DNA of 64,000 nucleotides. Origin: Candidatus Obscuribacterales bacterium. Its GTDB lineage: Bacteria > Cyanobacteriota > Vampirovibrionia > Obscuribacterales > Obscuribacteraceae. Of this stretch, positions 47,775 to 57,644 are shown piece by piece. The DNA lies in the NCBI GenBank assembly GCA_965228855.1, contig CBDDIJ010000005.1, positions 1,280,001 to 1,344,000 of the forward strand. Direction: 5' to 3'. Below the pieces are notes generated by a model. It ran no database searches. It saw nothing but the letters and a program-made list of their open reading frames with translations, and had not been told where the DNA came from. Position 1 is the first letter of the stretch; every line of letters starts with the position of its first letter. The translations under genes were made by a program, and so were the position numbers.

Positions 47775-48797
47775 ATGGTACGGACATTCGAGGCAATTGA
47801 AAACGTTTCCAAGCCGGTACAAGAAGATTCTGTAAGCCACTTGCTGTTGGCAGACACGCTTGACCAAGTGCCGAGAAGTCTTGCAGGGCCGCAGTCTAGC
47901 GGACAACATTCTGCACAAGTTGTGCAGTTTAGGCCAGGCGAAGATGACGGTAAATCATCAGCGAGTGAGTCACAGCTGGCCGTGGGGCCAATTCCACTCT
48001 GGCTGTTGGGAGATCGAATTCCGGGAAAAAATCCGGACACACCCGCCGATGCTCGGAAAAAAGAATCAAATTCTCTGTCGAGCACAATAAGGTCAATGGG
48101 CACAACGGGACTAAGCGAGAGGGAAAAAGAGACTGTTCATGCTGCTTTCCACAAGCAGCTGGAGCAAACCAAGGGTCGGCCAGTCGAAGAACGTGCGGCC
48201 CACCTGAGAGCTTTCGTCGATGAGCTGAATACCAATTTGCGAGCTGACAGCAAATATTCATTTACTGAAAGTAACACCGGCATAAAGGACAAACTGTCAT
48301 TCTCACTTGTCGACAAGGGCGAGGGATCACTTCAAGCAGACTTGCCAAAGCGCACCGTATACGACACCATGGAGTATTCTCTATCCAGGGAACCTCAAGC
48401 CGCTGACCATATTCCGGAACCGTCGAAATTGCCGGCTGAGCTCAAATCGGCCTTCGATAATGTCATGAAACAATCGAAGGAGGAGGTGGCAGCACAGAAA
48501 TACACGCCGGCTCTGGACGCAGTGAGCAGAGACCTGGGATTGCATAAACTGAAGACACAAGCAGAATTAAATAAGGCGCTGGGTCTCAATGCCGACTCAC
48601 CCACGAAGGACTATTACGCTCGTCTGGAATCGCTGATGATGTCGAAACTTGGACTAGAAGGACAGGACTATAAAACTAATTTTTCCACTGACGTCAATCG
48701 GAGGTTTTTGGAGATCCTCAAACTGAAGCCGGGAACGGCTACCACTGAGGATGTTTTGAAAGCGTTGCAAGACACAAGGGTTTCCGACAAGAAATAA
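47775..48797 (+). CDS. hypothetical protein
   Basis: 340 aa ORF with a GGAGG RBS. No family recognised. Confidence 0.7.
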   Translation: MVRTFEAIENVSKPVQEDSVSHLLLADTLDQVPRSLAGPQSSGQHSAQVVQFRPGEDDGKSSASESQLAVGPIPLWLLGDRIPGKNPDTPADARKKESNSLSSTIRSMGTTGLSEREKETVHAAFHKQLEQTKGRPVEERAAHLRAFVDELNTNLRADSKYSFTESNTGIKDKLSFSLVDKGEGSLQADLPKRTVYDTMEYSLSREPQAADHIPEPSKLPAELKSAFDNVMKQSKEEVAAQKYTPALDAVSRDLGLHKLKTQAELNKALGLNADSPTKDYYARLESLMMSKLGLEGQDYKTNFSTDVNRRFLEILKLKPGTATTEDVLKALQDTRVSDKK

Positions 48798-48869
48798 ACT
48801 CATCGTGCTCCAATAGGCAACGAAACCATTTAGAGATAAAAAGTTTCAATCGCTAGTACGCGAACGCGC

Positions 48870-49427
48870 CTAGCCCTTCTTTATTTGCCAGAAATCTTCA
48901 CCAAGAATGTCCCACGGCAGTCTGTGCTCATCAGGCTCGTGCACATCGAAGAACTGGTTTACGAAGTAAATCATGCTCGCCGGACTGTTCCATACATTCG
49001 CCAAACCGTGAGCAACTCCGCGCGGAATGTAGAGCAACTGAGGACGCCCTCCGCCCATCACAAAACGCATCGAGTTGTTATAAGTCTTTGATTCTTTTCT
49101 TGCATCGAAGAGCCCGATGAGAAGGCGATCGTAAGGGTGAATGAACCAAACATCCTCCTGGTTAAAGTGCAGGTGAAATGCTTTGATTACGCCCGGCATC
49201 ATTTGAGAATAGTTTGACTGACGAACTTTGAAATCCGGAATCTGTGCAAAGTTGCCGTTTTCATCAAGCCGGAGAAGCTCTGTAAAACAGCCGCCATCAT
49301 CCAACATCAGTTTGAGATCGATGAGCTGCACGCCTTCGATGGTGGGTTTCTTCTGGTAATCCTGAACTGACAGACCGCCGATGAAGTCCTGACCAATTTC
49401 GTCTTTTGTAAGTGCTTTTACGCTCAT
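48870..49427 (-). CDS. rfbC: dTDP-4-dehydrorhamnose 3,5-epimerase family protein
   Basis: Motifs DDGGCFTE, IKAFHLH and LYIPRGVAHG, within the rml cluster. Confidence 0.85.
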   Translation of the reverse strand: MSVKALTKDEIGQDFIGGLSVQDYQKKPTIEGVQLIDLKLMLDDGGCFTELLRLDENGNFAQIPDFKVRQSNYSQMMPGVIKAFHLHFNQEDVWFIHPYDRLLIGLFDARKESKTYNNSMRFVMGGGRPQLLYIPRGVAHGLANVWNSPASMIYFVNQFFDVHEPDEHRLPWDILGEDFWQIKKG

Positions 49428-49513
49428 AGCTAGCCGATTTTTCGCCTCGAACAATACTGTTTATCCACTGAACAAGTGCATAGGATAGCAGATTTTGGCT
49501 GATTGCTGCGGGT

Positions 49514-50374
49514 TTAAGCCAGGGTCTTTGTCTTTCGCAACTGCAGATAGGCGTGAAGAGAGTCCTGCCATGTCGGAAGTTCACGCCCGATCGTGTTTAT
49601 AAGAGTAGTCTTGTCCATAACGGAATATTTAGGTCGAGTAGCTGGTCTAGGCATGTCAACAGTTTGGATGGGACTAACCTGCGCTTTCAGGTCCCAAACT
49701 ATCTCTTTGGCAAACTCGTACCAATTGGTGACACCGTCATCAGAAGCGTGATAGACGCCGAATCGCTCGGTGTCGATAAGATCAGCAATGCTTTCTGATA
49801 GGCTCAAAGTACACGTGGGTGAACCAAACTGGTCCGCGACGACTCGCAGTGGCTTACCTTCATTTGCCATAGTCAAGATAGTTTCAACGAAATTCTTTCC
49901 ATTCGGTCCATACAGCCAGCTGGTTCTAACAATGTAAAACCTTCTTAGATGCCGCATTACAGCGCGCTCTCCGGCGAGTTTGGTTTTGCCGTAAATCGAC
50001 AGCGGTTTGGTTTCATCCCATGTCGTATATGGGCGGTTTTTCTCTCCGTCGAAAACATAGTCGGAGCTGACGTACAACAACGGAATGTTTAAGTGATTGC
50101 AGGCAACTGCCAAGTTTTCTGTGCCATACCCATTGATGAAGAAGGCCAGGTCCGGCTCCGACTCCGCCTGGTCCACTTTCGTGTAAGCGGCGCAGTGCAG
50201 AACGAGATCGGGCGTATGTTGGTTAAGTTGATTGACGACCTGCTCGTAATTGGTTACGTCGAGCTTCTCTCTCGGCATCGCGATTACAACGTGACCGCGC
50301 GATTCGAGACATGCCACGAGAGCCTGTCCCAACATGCCACCAGCTCCGGTGACGAGAAGCCGTTTGTCCGCCAT
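49514..50374 (-). CDS. rfbD: dTDP-4-dehydrorhamnose reductase
   Basis: Motifs GAGGMLG, AAYTKVDQAE, SSDYVFDG, YGKTKLAGE and DQFGSPT. Confidence 0.95.
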   Translation of the reverse strand: MADKRLLVTGAGGMLGQALVACLESRGHVVIAMPREKLDVTNYEQVVNQLNQHTPDLVLHCAAYTKVDQAESEPDLAFFINGYGTENLAVACNHLNIPLLYVSSDYVFDGEKNRPYTTWDETKPLSIYGKTKLAGERAVMRHLRRFYIVRTSWLYGPNGKNFVETILTMANEGKPLRVVADQFGSPTCTLSLSESIADLIDTERFGVYHASDDGVTNWYEFAKEIVWDLKAQVSPIQTVDMPRPATRPKYSVMDKTTLINTIGRELPTWQDSLHAYLQLRKTKTLA

Positions 50375-50498
50375 TTAAAACTCCGTTTTATTGATGAGTA
50401 GCGAAATGCTTGAGGACATGAGGAATCTACCAATCAAGGAGTATTCTCGTCAGATCCTCAAGCACTTATGCCAACAGCAGGTTGGCACTCGCAATATT

Positions 50499-51608
50499 TT
50501 AGATGATTGTTGGCGGAGTTACCACTGCAGCAGCAGCTTGAACGGCAGCAGCAGCGGCTGCGGCTTGCTCTTTTGCCACGACTTCGTCGTACTTGCCGGT
50601 TACCTTCGCTATCCAGGTTTGGTTGGCCTTGTACCAGTTAATCGTTTCTCTGATTCCGGTTTCGAAGGTGTGCTTCGGCTCCCAGCCCAGCTCCGCTTGA
50701 ATTTTAGAAGAGTCGATTGCGTAGCGACGATCGTGTCCGAGTCGGTCTTCCACGTAGCGAATCATTTCTTCGCCTTTGTTGAGTTCACTCAGGAGAAGTT
50801 TGGTGATCTGCATATTGGTGCGCTCATTGTTGCCACCAATGTTGTAAACCTCACCTGGTAGACCTTTGTGGAACACCGCGTCAATCGCACGGCAGTGGTC
50901 CTCTACATGCAACCAATCGCGAACGTTGGCGCCGTCTCCATAAACCGGAACCTGCTTGCCGTTCATCAAGTTATCGATGAAGAGCGGAATCAGTTTTTCC
51001 GGATGCTGATACGGACCATAGTTGTTCGAACAACGCGTGATCATGACAGGCATGGCGAACGTATGGAAGTAAGCGCGGCACAGCATATCCGATCCGGCTT
51101 TACTTGCTGAGTACGGGCTGTTTGGCGCCAGAGGGGTTTCTTCCGTAAACAGTCCAGTCGGTCCAAGTGAACCGTAAACTTCGTCAGTCGAAATTTGAAC
51201 GTAGCGAATATTGAATTTCGCATCTACACCCGGCTTGGTGCCCTTCACAAGACCGTATCTGAAGGCGGCTTCAAGTAGAACCTGGGTGCCCATTACGTTG
51301 GAATTTACAAACACAGCGGGGTCTTCGATTGAACGATCGACATGGCTCTCAGCAGCGAGGTTGAGAATGCCATCGATAGGACCGGCATAGTCACCCGAGA
51401 CGATGTGGTTGACCACTTTCGAGTCTTCGATGCGTCCTTTGACAAATTTATAGCGAGGATTCTTGGAGATGTCCTCCACGTTTTCCTGGTGCCCTGCGTA
51501 TGTTTGAGCATCCAAGTTGATAATTTCATAGGTCGGGTACGTCTTGAGCAAATGACGCACAAGATTGCTGCCGATGAAGCCCAGGCCGCCTGTTACCAAG
51601 AGTCGCAT
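50499..51608 (-). CDS. rfbB: dTDP-glucose 4,6-dehydratase
   Basis: Motifs GGLGFIGSN, AAESHVDRSI, STDEVYG, PYSASKA and GHDRRYAID. Confidence 0.96.
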   Translation of the reverse strand: MRLLVTGGLGFIGSNLVRHLLKTYPTYEIINLDAQTYAGHQENVEDISKNPRYKFVKGRIEDSKVVNHIVSGDYAGPIDGILNLAAESHVDRSIEDPAVFVNSNVMGTQVLLEAAFRYGLVKGTKPGVDAKFNIRYVQISTDEVYGSLGPTGLFTEETPLAPNSPYSASKAGSDMLCRAYFHTFAMPVMITRCSNNYGPYQHPEKLIPLFIDNLMNGKQVPVYGDGANVRDWLHVEDHCRAIDAVFHKGLPGEVYNIGGNNERTNMQITKLLLSELNKGEEMIRYVEDRLGHDRRYAIDSSKIQAELGWEPKHTFETGIRETINWYKANQTWIAKVTGKYDEVVAKEQAAAAAAAVQAAAAVVTPPTII

Positions 51609-51879
51609 ATGTTACCTCTGCTAGTCGCCGTTCGAGTAATTAACGTACGAAACGTCAGGATTGAATGTAGGCATTGTCCTAGGAGATTGTCGAGAAGATC
51701 AACCCGCCCCAGATAATCTAAACCCCGGTTAGCGTGATAATTGTCTTATGTTGTCGAGAGATGCGCATGGTTCTCATGGGGCACAAAATTAAACAGTGCT
51801 AAAGTTTGCGCTCGCTTCAACTATTGTTGAGTGAGCTAGCAATTTTTTTGGGTTTCCAAGAGATCGAAGCGACAATGGT

Positions 51880-52620
51880 TCAACATGCAAGGAGTTCGTC
51901 TCTCACAATCGGATGGCCATGAGCGTACACTGCAATTTCTTCCTTCACGCTCCCCTCCTCACGATCTTCTTCCGGATATGCGATACGGAGCGGTCTTGCC
52001 CCATCAATTTTAAAATCGCCAAGCAGGTTCCAGCTGTAAAAGAACTGACCCAACCATCCAGGCATCGACGAGCACAGCCGTCCCATCTCGACTCGCTGAT
52101 CAATGGAAAACTCCCTGGTGGCTTGACCTATCAGATTTTCGTTAACGGCGTCTTTGCCCAAGTGCCAAAGAGCACGAACTGTTTGCCCAACAAAACTGTC
52201 TCCCAGTGCCATCTTTCGAGGACTCACGCCTTTCAAAAGAATCTCTTCATCGCCAAACCGAAACTTACTCGTTCTACCGTTGGTGTGAAAAACATTCGGC
52301 GGTCCCGGCGTGTCAATTACGCCCCTCTGAAAGGCAATCTCACGTGCTGATTGAATGATTTCTCGACCGAAGGCCTTTGCCCTACAAGTCACCACCTCCA
52401 TCAGAGTGACGGGTGTGGTTCGCGAGCGCTTAACATACTGCCCCTGGCTGACTCTAACGAGCTCTCCAGTGACATGCACGAGCCGGTAGATCATGTTGTC
52501 CACAGCTTGGTCTGTGCCAAACAATACCAACATTCTTCGCGTAATTATTTGCTCATTGGGAGAATTCGAAATGAATTCCAATATACGGTCGGCAGTGTTA
52601 CGCGATGCGGCTGCACTCAT
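51880..52620 (-). CDS. DUF6088 family / AbiEi-antitoxin-like winged-helix protein
   Basis: N-terminal wHTH-like FGTDQAVDNMIYRLV..GELVRVSQGQY, plus FHTNGRTSKF, VRALWHLGK and MPGWL. Confidence 0.7.
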   Translation of the reverse strand: MSAAASRNTADRILEFISNSPNEQIITRRMLVLFGTDQAVDNMIYRLVHVTGELVRVSQGQYVKRSRTTPVTLMEVVTCRAKAFGREIIQSAREIAFQRGVIDTPGPPNVFHTNGRTSKFRFGDEEILLKGVSPRKMALGDSFVGQTVRALWHLGKDAVNENLIGQATREFSIDQRVEMGRLCSSMPGWLGQFFYSWNLLGDFKIDGARPLRIAYPEEDREEGSVKEEIAVYAHGHPIVRDELLAC

Positions 52621-52861
52621 ACAGTTCAACTCCCTGGCGGTGAAAAAATGCCCCTACTTTTAAATACGGAAAAATGACCAAAAAAGTTCAAAAATTGGAA
52701 AAGAAATTTTTGGTTTTCCAAAAGTTTTTTTCGGCTTTTCTTAGGGGCTAAGATTTTTCGATTTTTTTCTTCGAGAAGGCAAACAAAGATTTTCGTCTGA
52801 TTTTCACAGCTTGCTCTATGATTTTTAGAGCTTTTTCAAACGACCACAGAACCACACCAAC

Positions 52862-53353
52862 ATGAACGAAACAATCGACGCCTTGTGCGCAACTCTCTAC
52901 AGCGCAATCTCGTTCCAGCCGGGAGCAGAATCAGACTATGAAACGATGCGCTCGTGTTTCCACAGCGCTGCGATTGTCACTCCGCCTATGGAAGACACAA
53001 ATGGAGTACTACTAACCCAAAGTGTCAATGAATTTATTGAAAACTTCAAAGAAAGCATTTATCGCGAAAATCTTATTAACATCGGCTGTGTTGAACGTGA
53101 GATTGATCGAGTAACAGCGCGTTTCGGACGCGTCGCGAATATCTGCAGCAGCTACGAATTTTTACTGACTGGCAACGATAAGCCGCTCGCTCGTGGTGTC
53201 AACTTTTTACATCTAGTGTATGACGGCTCGAGATGGTGGATACTGAGTCTGACCTGGGACCGCGCAGACAGCGAGCTATCCCCGTTGGCGGTATCGCAAA
53301 CTAACACCGCATCTAGTGCCAAACGCAAAAACGCGCGCCACCGTATGCGGTAG
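52862..53353 (+). CDS. NTF2/SnoaL-like protein
   Basis: Sequence LYSAISF..ERE..FGRVA..SSYE..RGVN.LHLV.DG.RWWI.SL.WD. Confidence 0.75.
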   Translation: MNETIDALCATLYSAISFQPGAESDYETMRSCFHSAAIVTPPMEDTNGVLLTQSVNEFIENFKESIYRENLINIGCVEREIDRVTARFGRVANICSSYEFLLTGNDKPLARGVNFLHLVYDGSRWWILSLTWDRADSELSPLAVSQTNTASSAKRKNARHRMR

Positions 53354-53380
53354 CACGCGTTCTCGACAGGCCAAAATGGT

Positions 53381-54454
53381 TTAAACGACCTCAACCTTAC
53401 TGTCGTCACCCAACATTAAACGATAAGCTACAGGTCGATTGTCGCCTCTTGTCAGCTCTACGTTCACGCCGATCAAACTATCGGCGATTCTTCCGTGAAA
53501 ATCAGTGATTTTGCAGTCCTCTCTGAGAATGCAGTGCTCGATCTCCGCGAAGGAAACACGGGCGCGGTCACCGATCGAAGTAAATGGACCGACGTAGCTA
53601 TTCTCAAGGATGCAGTCTTCGCCGATGACAGCTGGTCCCCGCACTGTGCAGTTTTTCAACTGGGTGCCTTTCCCGATCGCAACTCGCCCGGAAACGCGTG
53701 ACCCCTCATCGATTGAGCCAGCAATGTTGACGTCTACCATTTCATCGAGAACAACCCGGTTAGCCTCGAGCATGTCGTCCTTTTTCCCGGTATCCAGCCA
53801 CCAACTGCGAAGGATGTGGCTGTCCACTTTGTGACCGATGTCAATCAACTTTTGAATCGCATCGGTGATTTCCAACTCACCCCGGCGACTGGGTTTGATC
53901 AAACTGATCGCCTTGTGAATTTCTTTGTTGAACAGATATACGCCTACGAGAGCGAGATTGGACTTCGGCTGAGCGGGTTTCTCTTCAAGAACTACGATTC
54001 CACCCTTTTCATCCAGAACGGCAACACCGAAAGAGGAAGGATTTTCAACTTCCTTCAAAAGAATGAACGCGTCAGCCGAGCCTTTTTGGAATCGCTCGAC
54101 GAGCGGCCCCACTCCGTCCTTAATCAGGTTATCGCCAAGATACATAACAAACGGGTCGTCGCCAAGGAAGTCCTGAGCGGTCTTTACAGCATGAGCAAGC
54201 CCGAGCGGCTCAGCCTGCAAGATATACTCAACGCGAATGCCCCAACGGTCGCCGTTTCCGACACAACCCTTAACGTCTTCGCCAGTTTCAGGACTGATGA
54301 TGATGCCGATCTCTTTGATGCCAGCATCGATAAGCGCTTCGACTCCGTAGTACAGAATCGGCTTGTTCGCGACCGGCAGCAGCTGTTTAGCCGCTGTGTG
54401 CGTGATTGGCCGCATTCTCGTTCCCTTGCCGCCGCTTAGAATTAGTCCCTTCAT
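53381..54454 (-). CDS. rfbA: glucose-1-phosphate thymidylyltransferase (long form with C-terminal hexapeptide repeats)
   Basis: Motifs ILSGGKGTRMRP, KQLLPVANKP, EPLGLAHAV, GELEITDAIQ and WLDTGK. Confidence 0.95.
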   Translation of the reverse strand: MKGLILSGGKGTRMRPITHTAAKQLLPVANKPILYYGVEALIDAGIKEIGIIISPETGEDVKGCVGNGDRWGIRVEYILQAEPLGLAHAVKTAQDFLGDDPFVMYLGDNLIKDGVGPLVERFQKGSADAFILLKEVENPSSFGVAVLDEKGGIVVLEEKPAQPKSNLALVGVYLFNKEIHKAISLIKPSRRGELEITDAIQKLIDIGHKVDSHILRSWWLDTGKKDDMLEANRVVLDEMVDVNIAGSIDEGSRVSGRVAIGKGTQLKNCTVRGPAVIGEDCILENSYVGPFTSIGDRARVSFAEIEHCILREDCKITDFHGRIADSLIGVNVELTRGDNRPVAYRLMLGDDSKVEVV

Positions 54455-54489
54455 TGCATTAACCTGCTAGTTGTGTGTATTTCTCGCGT

Positions 54490-55053
54490 CTACTTGTTTC
54501 CGCGACCACCGAAAACGGCACTCACGGTCAAAAACATAATGCGCCAGTCCAGAAAATAGTTCCAATTGTCGCAATACCATTTGTCAAAGCTAACCTTGAC
54601 CTCATCAGCGAGCTCGTCACGACCGTTTACCTGCGCCCAGCCGGTGATACCAGGAGGGAACGCAAGAACGCCGGCCGCTTCGCGCAAAGCTGTTAGTTCC
54701 GTTTGATTATACAGAGCCGGTCTGGGACCGACTAAACTCATCTCCCCCTTGAGCACGTTCAGGAGCTGCGGAAGTTCATCTATGCTGAACCTTCGCAATA
54801 CCGCACCCGAGGGAGTTATGGGGCTCGGCAAGCCCTGCATCTTGTCCGTAGCTAGATCTGGAGTGCCCTGCCGCATAGTCCTGAATTTATAAATTTCAAA
54901 CAATTCCCCATCTTTTCCCACGCGCTTCTGGCGAAAAATGATGGGTCCCTCTGAATCCATTTTGATCCAGAGCGCTGCAACAACCATAGGCAGAGCGGAG
55001 ATCAACAAGGCAATCAGAGTGAGAGTGATGTCGGTTAAACGTTTCATCGGCAT
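54490..55053 (-). CDS. bacterial sugar transferase (polyprenyl-phosphate phosphoglycosyl transferase)
   Basis: Motifs KRLTD, KFRTM, SIDELPQLLNVLKGEMSLVGPRP and PGITGWAQV. Confidence 0.93.
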   Translation of the reverse strand: MPMKRLTDITLTLIALLISALPMVVAALWIKMDSEGPIIFRQKRVGKDGELFEIYKFRTMRQGTPDLATDKMQGLPSPITPSGAVLRRFSIDELPQLLNVLKGEMSLVGPRPALYNQTELTALREAAGVLAFPPGITGWAQVNGRDELADEVKVSFDKWYCDNWNYFLDWRIMFLTVSAVFGGRGNK

Positions 55054-55222
55054 AATCAGTTGCAAATTGTACCGATGGCAAGCGCCGTTCGTTTCGCACA
55101 GACGATAATAATCACCTTATGTATACAATGCCTTAGAGGAGTAAAACCTCATCGCCAAGAGAGCCAGGTACAATGAGCTCTCCTTCCGTCATTCCTGAAT
55201 CACGCTGGCAGAAGTCTCCGCA

Positions 55223-56128
55223 ATGCGCCTCTCGATAGTTACAGTCAGCTGGAACACTCGCGATCTCCTGGATCGCTGCCTGACTACGGTCAAACAGGAA
55301 CTAGAGAGCCTGAGTGACGTCGAGTCCGAAGTCTTCCTGATCGATAACGACTCTCACGACGGATCAGCGGACATGGTTGCTAAAAACCATCCATGGGTTC
55401 GGCTTGTCCGCAACCAGTCCAATCTGGGATTTGCAAAAGCCAACAATCAGGCGTTACGAGAAACGAGTAGCGAGTACGTTCTGCTCCTCAATCCGGACAC
55501 AGAGGTTCTTCCAGACGCTATTAGAACACTGATCGAATTTCTCGAAACCAATCCGAATTGTGGAGTCGTTGCTCCACAGCTTTTGAACACTGACGGCAGT
55601 GTGCAAAGATCCTGCCGGGCATTTCCAACTTTCATCGGCATGCTCTATGAGCTTCTGGGTCTGAGCAGGATGTTTCCCGCCGGTTCCGAACAAGGAAAGA
55701 AATTTCGCGAATATAAAATGCTGGACTGGAACCATGATGACAAGCGCGAGGTAGACCAACCGGAGGGCGCCTGCCTGATGATCCGGCGCAAAGTCCTGGA
55801 TGAAGTCGGTCTGCTGGACGAGGGCTACTTCATGCTTTTCGAAGAAGTCGACTGGTGTTACCGTGTCAAACAACACGGTTGGCAAATATGGTTCGACCCG
55901 GCTTCGCAGGTAATTCACCACTATGGTCAGTCTATAAAACAAGTGAAGGCGCGCATGATCCTGTCCTCTCATCGTGGTTTGTATCGTTTTTGGAGAAAAC
56001 ACTACCGCGGAAACCGCTGGTATATGGATGGATTCGCATACGTTGGTCTGATGTTGCTCGCTTACGTACGCATAGCGGCCTACATGCTGAAAACTACACT
56101 TAGAGGCGGCCGACAAGAGGCTGTCTAA
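55223..56128 (+). CDS. GT2 glycosyltransferase (WbbL-like rhamnosyltransferase candidate)
   Basis: Motifs DNDSHDGS, NLGFAKANNQ, LLLNPD, GACLMIRR and FEEVDWC. Confidence 0.9.
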   Translation: MRLSIVTVSWNTRDLLDRCLTTVKQELESLSDVESEVFLIDNDSHDGSADMVAKNHPWVRLVRNQSNLGFAKANNQALRETSSEYVLLLNPDTEVLPDAIRTLIEFLETNPNCGVVAPQLLNTDGSVQRSCRAFPTFIGMLYELLGLSRMFPAGSEQGKKFREYKMLDWNHDDKREVDQPEGACLMIRRKVLDEVGLLDEGYFMLFEEVDWCYRVKQHGWQIWFDPASQVIHHYGQSIKQVKARMILSSHRGLYRFWRKHYRGNRWYMDGFAYVGLMLLAYVRIAAYMLKTTLRGGRQEAV

Positions 56129-56154
56129 ACTCACTCATCAACATCTGGAGTTTT

Positions 56155-57183
56155 ATGGGAAAGAAACTTCTAACGATAGCGCTTCTTGGATTGTTTATTT
56201 TTGCGGTACCTCCCTCAAGCGCGCAGAACGGTGATTTGAAGACCGCTCACACGCTCTTCACCAATGGCAAATTTGCTGAAGCTGCTGATCTGTTTGCAAA
56301 GGCAATTGGCGGCCCGGCAAAGAATAATCCACTGGCGCACTATTACTATGCCACCTGTCTCAATCATCTCGGCAAAACCCATCAAGCCAACTCAGAGTAC
56401 AGAATGACGCTTACCCTGAATCCACCAGCCACCATTGCAAACTACTGTCGTCAAGCACTTGGACAAAGAACCAAGACACCTTCCGGCACCTCCGAAAGTT
56501 CGAACAGCTCGCCCGGTCAGCCTCCTTCGAGCAGTGCCCCTGTCAGTACATCATCAAGAGCAATTGATCCGGCCGACAAAGCCTTGCTTGAAATTCACAG
56601 GCATACTCAAGACACGGATGCGATATCCAGCATAGTGCTGGCGGCACTGTCTGCGATACCACGAAAAATTAAGGACGAAGTGAAAGACGGTGGTTGCAAA
56701 ATCCTGATTTGTCCTACCATCCTCGAAGCAAATCCGCATTTGGCAAACAACAAGGCGGCGGGCTACGTTCACGGCGGTGGCTATGACAACTGCCCCGGAA
56801 TGTTCTATTCCGGAACCAAGATTTTGTACATCGCCGAGCGTGTTTCATGGAAATCCAGTCCTCCGGAGCAAAATCGGGGAGCAGCTAGCACAACTTTGCA
56901 TGAATTCGGTCATGCCTACGATTTCGTCAAAGGCAAACTCTCCACGGGAGGAGAATTTGCCTCCGCATACCGCGAAGACTTCGGACGTTTGACGAACTCA
57001 CAACGAACGGAATGGCAGTATTACTGCCAAGATGACGGTGGCGAGCGAGGACGCTCCGAGTGCTTTGCAGAGCTTTTTGCAATTTCGCATGGCACCGGGG
57101 CCGGTATCACCAGAGGAACGACCGGACTGGTCAATGTGTTTCCCAAAACCTTCAGTTACATGAAGCAGCTCTCGTTGATGTAG
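56155..57183 (+). CDS. exported TPR protein with anthrax-lethal-factor-like (ATLF) zinc metallopeptidase domain
   Basis: Signal peptide, TPR and a Pro/Ser linker, then LHEFGHAYD and downstream ECFAELF. Confidence 0.8.
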   Translation: MGKKLLTIALLGLFIFAVPPSSAQNGDLKTAHTLFTNGKFAEAADLFAKAIGGPAKNNPLAHYYYATCLNHLGKTHQANSEYRMTLTLNPPATIANYCRQALGQRTKTPSGTSESSNSSPGQPPSSSAPVSTSSRAIDPADKALLEIHRHTQDTDAISSIVLAALSAIPRKIKDEVKDGGCKILICPTILEANPHLANNKAAGYVHGGGYDNCPGMFYSGTKILYIAERVSWKSSPPEQNRGAASTTLHEFGHAYDFVKGKLSTGGEFASAYREDFGRLTNSQRTEWQYYCQDDGGERGRSECFAELFAISHGTGAGITRGTTGLVNVFPKTFSYMKQLSLM

Positions 57184-57218
57184 CCTTTCCGTCACGCTCA
57201 AATTTGTGCAGACAGCCT

Positions 57219-57404
57219 TCAAGGTGGCGTAATCCTGGACTCGGCACACTCGCACTCATCAACGGAAATAATTCGCGCTCTGCCCGCTCGGCCGTCAAAC
57301 AGACACGCGGACACCAACGCAGACATAATCGAGAACGTAACCGCCATGAGCAGAAGCAGACTAGCGTCAGCGTTTGCAGCATTTTCAAAACCGAACTCCA
57401 ACAT
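57219..57404 (-). CDS. possible small membrane protein
   Basis: ATG at 57404 after GGAGG, with one hydrophobic helix. Confidence 0.35.
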   Translation of the reverse strand: MLEFGFENAANADASLLLLMAVTFSIMSALVSACLFDGRAGRARIISVDECECAESRITPP

Positions 57405-57644
57405 AGCGAACCCTCCAGCGAAAAGACCCCTCAATCTTTAATACGTAGAATCGAGGCAAAAAGTTCAATTCGCCCAGCCCGATTTTGACACCCCTAAATG
57501 CCTATCAGACAATGGTCTTGAGATATCTGGCGGCTCTAGCTACTTGACGGTTTGTGAGCTGTTAATAAGAAGATTGTTTAGATCCGGTATAGTTCGTGTT
57601 CCTGCTGATATGTTAGTTTTCAAGGAGCACTGACGAACAAACCG

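Noticed and set aside
50499..50570. Poly-Ala tail on RfbB
   Set aside because: A low-complexity extension with no evidence of function or frameshift; the catalytic motifs are intact.
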